From: an uncultured Pseudomonadales bacterium
GTDB taxonomy: Bacteria; Patescibacteriota; Microgenomatia; UBA1400; Chazhemtobacteraceae
Length of the DNA: 64,000 nt
Reading direction: 5' to 3'
Assembly (NCBI GenBank): GCA_964618725.1
Contig: CAZUBK010000001.1
Span: 2,079 to 66,078 of the forward strand
In this document: positions 1 to 7,119 of the stretch, piece after piece
Layout of the letters: every line of letters starts with the position of its first letter
Position numbering within the stretch: position 1 is the stretch's first letter
Program-made: the position numbers and the translations under genes
Notes under the pieces: model-generated
Seen by the model: only the letters and a program-made list of their open reading frames with translations
Databases searched by the model: none
Told to the model about the DNA's origin: nothing

Positions 1-125
1 AGCGTGCTGTTCTCTGTCGAGAGAATTACCAAAAGGAACTCAACCATGAAGTTCCCAATATCACTGAACTTGGTGCTAGCCCAATCCTTGACCAGGGACA
101 TGCTGTCCAAACCATCCTTGGCTTT

Positions 126-560
126 ATGATGCGAGCTGTTACGGAGAACGAGTGGATCGAGGGTGCAATTGACGAGTACGTCAACGCCGAGCTTCATCTG
201 CTTCAGCAGAGGTTCGACAAGTTTCTTCGCAAGGTCTACAAGAACGGAATGTTCAAGATCATCAACGAATGCCGAAAGCGAGGCATGAGTGGGACATTTG
301 GTGACACAGAGCTTCGAACATACGTAATTGCCGGACGCACCATGTTCACCTTCGCTCGAAAACAAGGAGATGAAGAGATTAGCTTCTCTTTCGTCAGTGA
401 CGATATTGACCCTAACGGCTTGTCAGCAGGAATCCAATCGGTATATGCCGATCTTTTGAATTGCTTAGGCATGATCGATGATGTCATCAACAACTGGCCT
501 TCCGTCCCAGTCGAACAAGAGCAAATATTCAAAACAAATGAGGAAGTTTCTCTCATTTGA
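126..560 (+). CDS. Hypothetical protein. It sits in a locally GC-richer segment (about 48%).
   Basis: ATG ORF of 144 aa with no recognisable motifs. Local GC is higher than the window average, so it may be foreign or accessory. Confidence 0.3.
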   Translation: MMRAVTENEWIEGAIDEYVNAELHLLQQRFDKFLRKVYKNGMFKIINECRKRGMSGTFGDTELRTYVIAGRTMFTFARKQGDEEISFSFVSDDIDPNGLSAGIQSVYADLLNCLGMIDDVINNWPSVPVEQEQIFKTNEEVSLI

Positions 561-618
561 CACTTTAGGGAGACCCTTCAGGGGTTTCCCTATTTTTATG
601 GTTATAATTGTGGTCAAA

Positions 619-1668
619 ATGAATCACAATCTGATCAGGCAAGAATTCAAGAGGGAGTTTGAGAAATGGACTGACTTAATGGTCCAAAGGCGACAATGGT
701 ACTTTGATCAAAAGTTTAGGCTCGTCGATAGAACTTTTCAAAGCGTTGTGTCCTACTCCTCAATCTCAGCCGCCTTCATAGCTATTGTGTTTCCCTTGCT
801 TGACAAAACCAGCCCATCTATCCTTGTTGCCTTATGGGCTTTTTCACTCAACGTGTTATTTGGTGTGATATTGGGAAGTTTCCCTATCTTTATTGATAAA
901 AAGGAATTGCCGAAAGCGATGGGTGAAGAATTAAGTGTTTTGAGAAAGTTTCAATCTCAATCTCTAGCTGTCTTCAAAGATCCCACAGAAAAAAATATCG
1001 ATGGCTACTTCAGACTGAAGGATGCTATTGTCTCGGAAATCGAAAATAAAACCTATTTTCAGGGGTTTAATAATCTACTGAGTGGTTTGTATGTTACTTT
1101 CTTGTTAACTTTTTTGGCAGGTTTTTTTAGCTTATTAACGCAGTTTATTACTTTCGATTTTAGTCGAATTGAGATAGTATCCTATCAAATAATAAACATG
1201 ATTAATGAAGCCACATCTTCTACCTCAGTAAGTCTATTACAATCAATTAAAGGATTTATTCCTCTTCTGTCCTCTTTGGGTATAGGCTCTTTTTTCGGGT
1301 ATTGGTTCAAGGACAAGCTAGAACAAAATGCAGATAACAGAAGAAAAACAAGAGATGCGAGAGAAAAGCAGTACAAGGATTTTCTAAACAATTTAATGGG
1401 ATTCTTTGAAGGCTGGGAAGATGAAGCCAAGAAGAAACAATTCATTCGGGATGTTCATACAAACGCGTCTCTTTACGCCTCTGATGATGTACTTAAGTTG
1501 GCCTACAAGTTCATAGGAAGTTTTAATGTTACTGGTTCTGAAAGACAAACAGCCGATGCCATATATTCGAAACTTGTACTGGCAATAAGGAAAGAACTTA
1601 ATCAAATACAAGGTGAAATAGAAACAGAATTAACGGAACAGGATATCAAAGTGACTAAACTAAATTAG
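619..1668 (+). CDS. Hypothetical integral membrane protein. The N-terminal half has multiple hydrophobic helices and the C-terminal half is a charged, helical soluble domain.
   Basis: The ORF table gives 478..1668. A TATAAT box at 603-608 lies just before the in-frame ATG at 619 (MNHNLIRQ...), so I moved the start there. Hydrophobic segments are evident, for example AAFIAIVFPLL and LVALWAFSLNVLFGVILG. Confidence 0.4.
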   Translation: MNHNLIRQEFKREFEKWTDLMVQRRQWYFDQKFRLVDRTFQSVVSYSSISAAFIAIVFPLLDKTSPSILVALWAFSLNVLFGVILGSFPIFIDKKELPKAMGEELSVLRKFQSQSLAVFKDPTEKNIDGYFRLKDAIVSEIENKTYFQGFNNLLSGLYVTFLLTFLAGFFSLLTQFITFDFSRIEIVSYQIINMINEATSSTSVSLLQSIKGFIPLLSSLGIGSFFGYWFKDKLEQNADNRRKTRDAREKQYKDFLNNLMGFFEGWEDEAKKKQFIRDVHTNASLYASDDVLKLAYKFIGSFNVTGSERQTADAIYSKLVLAIRKELNQIQGEIETELTEQDIKVTKLN

Positions 1669-1913
1669 ATTTCGACGCAGTCGGTCCAGCCTGAAGCGAG
1701 ACAAAAAAACGCGCGTAAAGCCGAGCGTAGCTCGGAGTGAGGTTTCTATGTAAACCGAACGGAAAATACAAAAGTGGCTACCGCGTGGCATCAGCGGAGT
1801 CCTTCGAGTACTCAGGATCTTCGAGGCTACGTTGAGCCAGCGGCGAGCTCCTTTTTCAATGTTTTTTTCTAAAATACGTTAGAACATGGTCCAAATAGTT
1901 CACCTCAAGCAAG

Positions 1914-2204
1914 TTATTCAACAACAATTTGGATTTTAGTGTCTAAGGCCTTTGCAACCCTGCTCAATAGAGAAATTGATGGTTTGGAATTAAGTCCTTC
2001 AAGACGAGAAATGACTGATTGGTCAGTATCAATTTGCTTTGCGAGCTGGGTTTGGGTGAGATTCTTTTTGAGTCTAGCTTCAATAATCTGGCGGGCTATT
2101 TGCAATTCAACTGCCTGATTTTCATACTCTTTCTTAAAATCAGCATTTTTGAAAAGTTTTTCTTTGAGCTGTTTGACTGTGATGGTTTTATTCTGCGTGT
2201 TCAT
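1914..2204 (-). CDS. higA: XRE-family helix-turn-helix antitoxin (HigA-like)
   Basis: The C-terminal HTH reads LTQTQLAKQIDTDQSVISRLEGLNSKPSISLLSRVAKAL. I shortened the table ORF (1914..2348) to the ATG at 2204..2202. That start overlaps the upstream toxin's stop in an ATGA arrangement. Confidence 0.6.
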   Translation of the reverse strand: MNTQNKTITVKQLKEKLFKNADFKKEYENQAVELQIARQIIEARLKKNLTQTQLAKQIDTDQSVISRLEGLNSKPSISLLSRVAKALDTKIQIVVE

Positions 2205-2518
2205 GTGTATTCTGTAGATCTTTGTAATATTAGTTTCAAATCTTCTTGTCTTATTTTTTGTGATTTTTTGATAATGGCATGAATAATTATTTGTTCTTTT
2301 GCTTTGATATAAATATAGAGCCTGATTTGTGTTGGTCTTAGTTCCCAAATTGGTCCATTGACTTTCTTGAGGTATCGTTCGTCGAGCGAAAAACCATACT
2401 CTTCAAAAAGCTCGATATATTGTAAGGCTTTAGCGGCATCTTTTTGGTTTAGCTTGTTAAGAAACTTATAGATGCGGCTGTCGATTAGTACTTTCATAGT
2501 GTATGACAATATTGACAT
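2201..2518 (-). CDS. higB: RelE/ParE-superfamily toxin of the HigB / phage Gp49-like family
   Basis: 105 aa, with a WELRPT-QIRLYIY core typical of Gp49/HigB-like toxins. The order is toxin first, then antitoxin, with a 4-nt ATGA overlap. Confidence 0.55.
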   Translation of the reverse strand: MSILSYTMKVLIDSRIYKFLNKLNQKDAAKALQYIELFEEYGFSLDERYLKKVNGPIWELRPTQIRLYIYIKAKEQIIIHAIIKKSQKIRQEDLKLILQRSTEYT

Positions 2519-2639
2519 AAAGTCAAGATTGGTAATAAGTCAATTGTACCAAAATTTACCCGAAGTCAAGATCAAGAATATGCTTGTGAAGCAATAGGTA
2601 CGACTTTTGTCATAACAGCTCACTTTACAGACTGTTGTA

Positions 2640-3200
2640 TCATTCCTTTTGTATCCAAAGGAGGTACTCGATGTTGCCGGCTTTGCTGCCGGTGATAGGT
2701 GATTTGGTGTGGCTTTTTACTTTGAGGCCAAGCTTTTCAATATCAACAATCGTTTGTTTGAGGGTCTCTTCTGCCTTTTGATCGGTTAATTTGCCTTTAG
2801 TTAGCTTGTGATGACGAGAGGTGGCTTCGTAATGAGGTTTGACGAGGGAGACGATATGACCGCTCGCTTTTAGGTTGTTAATGGCGTTTGGAAGTATTTT
2901 TACTTGAGGTGTCCAACTAACATCAATGGAAATGAAATCGACTTTTTTCGGCAAGGCAACATGCATAGCATTGGTCCGTTCCATGACGATGACGCGAGGG
3001 TCGTTTCTTAATCGCCAATCTAGGACACCGTAACCTGTCTCAATCGAGTAGACCTTAGTGACACCTCTTTGGAGAAGGACATCAACAAAGCCACCAACGT
3101 TGCTACCAAAGTCAGCACAGGTGAGTCCTGTCACATCGACATTAAAGGTGTTTAGGGCGTGAATTAGTTTTTCTCCGGCACGCGAGACATATTTTTCCAT
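2640..3200 (-). CDS. tlyA: TlyA/FtsJ-like rRNA 2'-O-methyltransferase (hemolysin A family, no S4 domain)
   Basis: Motifs LTCADFGSNVGGFVDVLLQRGVTKVYSIETGYGVL (SAM-binding G-x-G) and KVDFISIDVSW match the TlyA family. Confidence 0.7.
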   Translation of the reverse strand: MEKYVSRAGEKLIHALNTFNVDVTGLTCADFGSNVGGFVDVLLQRGVTKVYSIETGYGVLDWRLRNDPRVIVMERTNAMHVALPKKVDFISIDVSWTPQVKILPNAINNLKASGHIVSLVKPHYEATSRHHKLTKGKLTDQKAEETLKQTIVDIEKLGLKVKSHTKSPITGSKAGNIEYLLWIQKE

Positions 3201-3229
3201 ATAGATATTCTACTATATGGGACTGATAC

Positions 3230-3260
3230 AAAAAACCACCACGAAGGTGGTGGTTTAAAA
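3230..3260 (-). terminator. Rho-independent terminator after the 438-aa ligase-like gene
   Basis: Perfect hairpin CCACCAC-GAAG-GTGGTGG at 3236-3253. It is flanked by an A6 run (a T6 run on the minus strand). Confidence 0.6.
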
Positions 3261-3267
3261 TCTGAAG

Positions 3268-4584
3268 TCAATCAAGATAGTTGGTAACTAACCGTTTAAA
3301 CAGTTTGTATTTTTTGTTGTACGAAGCGTTTTCCGGTAATCCGCAGGGAAAACGAAGAAAGAGAGCGAGAATGATAGTTTTACGACGTTCTCCTTTAGCC
3401 TCCTTGGCAGCCTTAAGTTCTTCGAGGAAATCAACCATGGCTTGGTGGAAGATGTTTTGGGCTTGGATGGAATAGCGCCAGCACATGTCACGGGCAAAGG
3501 CGACGACGTTGGGATAGTAGCGGTCTCGCACCATTAAGGGGCGATCGATTATTTCCCAACTTGACTTCTGTCTAGCCCAACGTCCCCAATTATTTGGTGT
3601 AGTTGGGAGAGCAACTTCGACCCGATTGACTAATCTTGCGACGCTTTTTTTCCCTGGTATACCTGAAGCGAGATCAGGCAACTCCATAGTGATACATGCC
3701 TCTTCCCATTCTTTGAGAAGCTGTTTAAAGGTGTCAGCAAGTGCTTTTTGATCGGAGGTAAGAATATATGCTCGATCCTGAAGAAGTAGTGCGTTGATGG
3801 CGGCATATAGTGATTCAAGAAAGAACATCTGAGTAACAAAACCGCTAACTGTTTGGATGGTATTATCTTTGTTCTCTTTGTAGATAGAATTGTCTTCGTC
3901 GGAAGTTTTGTTGTGAAGAGACGAGGAATATAGGGTAATAATTTCCTTGTATTCGGGTGATGAAGTTGTTGACAGATTTCGTGATGTATAAGAGGTGGCT
4001 TTACTTATCAGAGCGAGAATTTGGAAGTAGCGGGAAGGGTTTTTGAAGGGTGCTCCTGTATTGGTATGAAGGCCTAAGAAGGCACAGTTATCGAGATCAA
4101 TAAGGCCGGCTTGCAGGAAACGAAGGAAGATATATACACCGGTTTTGTAGGACCAAAACGGTCCGGGAGAGATCTCCCAAAAGTTAGTCATATTGCCAAG
4201 ACCGAGGCGTATGCCGATGGCATCAAGAAAGATGAGATCCTCTGAAATCAGCTCTTGTTTGGGGAGAGGAAACTCTGTCTCATAACCAAGAGTGGCTAAT
4301 AAATGACGAATGGGAAGATTCTTGGTTTCTCTATGATTAAGACGGGTGCGAGTTCTTTCGGTATGGAGCTTACTTATGCCGTCTGAGTTAAGTTGTTGAG
4401 AAAGAGTTTGGATGTTTTCGTGGCCATAGGTGCGGCGAATGTAGGTCAGATACTTCATCTGTTGATCAAAAGAGCTAGTGGTATATTTTGTCCGACTGTT
4501 GGGTGAAAGTAGCTTAAGAAGTGTTTGATTGACTGCGTGTTGCTCTGCTTGGCCAATTTGACGATGTTCAAGGTAGCGGTCCAT
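3268..4584 (-). CDS. Carboxylate-amine-ligase-like protein (putative GS/GCS2/PafA-fold amidoligase). This is a 5'-truncated tandem paralog of 4839..6803.
   Basis: 438 aa. It shares the conserved blocks LATLGYETEF, SPGPFWSYKT, FLRFLQAGLIDL and Y-K-E-N-K with the upstream 654-aa paralog, and ends the same way (KYKLFKRLVTNYLD). Homology continues in-frame and stop-free for about 89 codons upstream of the annotated ATG (to 4851) with no start codon. Confidence 0.5.
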   Translation of the reverse strand: MDRYLEHRQIGQAEQHAVNQTLLKLLSPNSRTKYTTSSFDQQMKYLTYIRRTYGHENIQTLSQQLNSDGISKLHTERTRTRLNHRETKNLPIRHLLATLGYETEFPLPKQELISEDLIFLDAIGIRLGLGNMTNFWEISPGPFWSYKTGVYIFLRFLQAGLIDLDNCAFLGLHTNTGAPFKNPSRYFQILALISKATSYTSRNLSTTSSPEYKEIITLYSSSLHNKTSDEDNSIYKENKDNTIQTVSGFVTQMFFLESLYAAINALLLQDRAYILTSDQKALADTFKQLLKEWEEACITMELPDLASGIPGKKSVARLVNRVEVALPTTPNNWGRWARQKSSWEIIDRPLMVRDRYYPNVVAFARDMCWRYSIQAQNIFHQAMVDFLEELKAAKEAKGERRKTIILALFLRFPCGLPENASYNKKYKLFKRLVTNYLD

Positions 4585-4838
4585 TAATGAAAGTCGGGTT
4601 GGCCAGTCCTTTGATGAATTTTGATATTCATTGAGGAGTTCCTGTAGGTATAGATTGGTGGCAATTGTGTCGAGTAATTTGAACCAGGCATTGAAACCGT
4701 CTGAAAAAAAGAGGGTGATGGTATGACCGGTTTGGGAAATAATACGACGTATAGTTGGATCGTTTAAATTTAGTTGAAACCCCGACCGTAAGGTCGTGGG
4801 TTGTTCATCAAAGCGGTTGTCAAGGGTCAGTTGCGAAC

Positions 4839-6803
4839 TTAATCTAAGTACTCAGCAACTAACTTTTTAAACAATTTGTACTTTTGGTTACTGGTAGCGT
4901 CTTCTTTTAGTCCACAAGGGAAATGAAGGAAAAGAGTATCTATTAAACACCGTCGTTGGTCTCCTTTTGCCTCTTTCGCTGATTTAAGTTCTTCAATGAA
5001 TTCTCGCATTGCTTTATCCATGGCTTTGCGAACACGGCTAGCGTAACGCCAGCAGATACTTCTGCTGAAAGCAACAATATTGGGGTATTCGCAGCCTCGG
5101 ATGACAAGGGGTTGATCGACGATGTTCCAAGAAGATTGGTGTCTCACCCAGCGAGTCCATTGTCCAGTCGGGGTAGGTAGAGCGGTCTCAACTCGTTGAC
5201 CGAGTTTGACCATTGAAATTGATTTCGGTCTACTTTGAGTTAGATCAGGCAACTTCATATACCGACAGCCCTCTTCCCATTCTTGGAGGAAATCTTCAAA
5301 AATGATAGCCAGAGCTTTTTGGTCTGACGTGAGATCTTTACCGGCTTGTCTAAGCAGATACGCTTTGAGGGCGGCGTTAATGTTTTCGAGTAAAAGTTGA
5401 TAAGCGGTGAAACCGGTGACGGTTTGAAGAGTTTGTCCTTTGTTTTCGGTATAGGCGCCGAAGTCAGAAGTGCGGTGGTTGAGTTTGAAATACTGGAGGG
5501 ACGAAGAGTAGGCAGAAAGATTGTAGTGGGGGAGTTTGACTTCACTGGCGTATGAAACAGCCTTCCAGATGGATGCAAGAATGTACTCATTATCAGATAC
5601 TTCAGTACCAAGAAGGCCGACTCCGGTGTGGATTCCCTGTCGAGCGTAGGTGTAGATATCGATCAGTCCGGCTTGAAGGAAGCGCATGAAGATGAAATTA
5701 GCGGTTTTGGCTGAAAGAAAAGGCCCCGGGGATGATTCCCAGTGACCGGAACTGTCTCCACCGGTGCCTAGATGGAAGCCGATGGTTTCCAAAAAGATTA
5801 AGTCTTCAAAAGTTTGTGGATCTTGGCAAATAAATTCGATTTCATAGCCGAGTGTCACCTTGAGATGTTGAAGTGGATGGTTAGGTGATTCGAGTAAACC
5901 GAGTTTCGCTATTTTCCGTTTGGTATCAATGGGTTTGACTGATTGTTCATTAAGCAGATCTTGTTCAATTTGTCTGACTTTCTCGATGCCGGTTTGGCGT
6001 CTGATACTAGCTAGCAATTTCATTCGTTTGGGAAATGAGGCGGAGGTAATCAGGGCTTGATTGGCGGGTGACAAACGATCAATCAGAGTCTTATCGACAA
6101 GACGGGTCTCGACTTGGCCGAGCTTGCGATACTGAAAATATTCCTCCATCAGACTTAATCGAGTAGGCCAGTCTTTTGATGATTTTTGATATCGGTTGAT
6201 GAGTTCTTTTAGAAATGAGTCAGAGGCGATCTTTCGGGCGAGATTTAGCCAGGCGTGGTAGCCAGTTGTAAGATAGAGAACTCCCATACTTCTTCCGGTT
6301 AAAGAGAGAGCTTCTCGAAGATCGGGTTGTTGAATGATGGCTATGAATTGATCAAGATACATTTCGTTCTCGTGGATGTATTGGATGACATCATAGAGAT
6401 CAGCAGGTTCATAGTAGCCTTTAAGGATATCAACTAGCTGAAGGTGAGCCCAGATTTTGTCGGTGATGCGTAGGGGTGGATCTTCGTAGAGTGAGTAGTA
6501 GCCGGTGGAAATATTTAATAGGGATCTTAGGACATCAAGGCATCTTTCACCCCTGAAGAAATGGGGGAAATTTTCAGCTTTGACAAATTGGCCAAGTCTG
6601 AGAAGTTGACGTCGTGATTGACGGGCGTCGGAAAGAAATGCAAGTAAGTCTTGCCCGAAGGATTTTTCGGCGATCTCAGTGAGGGTATCTTTGATTGCTT
6701 CACGATCTTTTTCTGCCAAACGACCGTCACGTCTGTAATAATCGTTGGTTCGAAAGTATTTGTTAATATTTGAAAGAGCTTTATCGACGAGATCTTTTTC
6801 CAT
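4839..6803 (-). CDS. Large carboxylate-amine-ligase-like protein (putative amidoligase) with an extra 225-aa helical N-terminal domain
   Basis: 654 aa. The motif KVTLGYEIEF resembles the N-terminal strand of YbdK/GCS2 (TLGIELE) and PafA/Dop (MGIETEYG). Further conserved blocks are IGFHLGTGG, SPGPF and YTENKG. The RBS is AAGGAGAAAAA before the ATG at 6803. Confidence 0.5.
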   Translation of the reverse strand: MEKDLVDKALSNINKYFRTNDYYRRDGRLAEKDREAIKDTLTEIAEKSFGQDLLAFLSDARQSRRQLLRLGQFVKAENFPHFFRGERCLDVLRSLLNISTGYYSLYEDPPLRITDKIWAHLQLVDILKGYYEPADLYDVIQYIHENEMYLDQFIAIIQQPDLREALSLTGRSMGVLYLTTGYHAWLNLARKIASDSFLKELINRYQKSSKDWPTRLSLMEEYFQYRKLGQVETRLVDKTLIDRLSPANQALITSASFPKRMKLLASIRRQTGIEKVRQIEQDLLNEQSVKPIDTKRKIAKLGLLESPNHPLQHLKVTLGYEIEFICQDPQTFEDLIFLETIGFHLGTGGDSSGHWESSPGPFLSAKTANFIFMRFLQAGLIDIYTYARQGIHTGVGLLGTEVSDNEYILASIWKAVSYASEVKLPHYNLSAYSSSLQYFKLNHRTSDFGAYTENKGQTLQTVTGFTAYQLLLENINAALKAYLLRQAGKDLTSDQKALAIIFEDFLQEWEEGCRYMKLPDLTQSRPKSISMVKLGQRVETALPTPTGQWTRWVRHQSSWNIVDQPLVIRGCEYPNIVAFSRSICWRYASRVRKAMDKAMREFIEELKSAKEAKGDQRRCLIDTLFLHFPCGLKEDATSNQKYKLFKKLVAEYLD

Positions 6804-6861
6804 TTTTTCTCCTTAAGATAGAGAAAGGCCGCCTCAGTTGAGGCGGCCGGTGGAAGGAGAG

Positions 6862-6960
6862 TTACTCTCCCAGCGTTTCTTCGGGTTCGGCGGCTTCGTC
6901 CACTTGGGGATCTTCTGCCTCGAGCTCGTCGTCCATTTCCATTTCATCGGGGTTGAACAT
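6862..6960 (-). CDS. Unannotated 32-aa hyper-acidic peptide, MFNPDEMEMDDELEAEDPQVDEAAEPEETLGE, ending in C-terminal Gly-Glu. Candidate tag or substrate peptide for the adjacent ligases.
   Basis: I translated this by hand; it is not in the supplied ORF table. The RBS AAAGGAGAA sits 6 nt before the ATG at 6960. It carries 18 Asp/Glu in 32 residues and its codon GC (about 58%) is far above the window average. It is followed by the hairpin GGCCGCCTC-AGTTG-AGGCGGCC (6826-6847) and then the ligase gene. Confidence 0.45.
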   Translation of the reverse strand: MFNPDEMEMDDELEAEDPQVDEAAEPEETLGE

Positions 6961-7011
6961 TGCGGTTCTCCTTTGAGAAATTTAGCTCAGTAAATCTGAG
7001 CCTGTTTGTAT

Positions 7012-7039
7012 ATTCTAACTTAAATTCAATACTTGTCAA
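7012..7039 (-). promoter_or_regulatory. Consensus sigma70-type promoter (TTGACA-16 nt-TAGAAT) driving the acidic peptide ORF. Its -35 overlaps a divergent TTGTCA for pepF.
   Basis: Minus-strand TTGACA is at 7039-7034 and TAGAAT at 7017-7012. The 5' UTR contains the hairpin GCTCAG-ATTTA-CTGAGC (about 6985-7001). Confidence 0.4.
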
Positions 7040-7119
7040 TAGGTAAACTAGTAATGGTTATGAGATGTTTCTAATCGTTTTAGAACCTAGGTAGGTAGGG
7101 ATGCTATGATCGATTGTTA

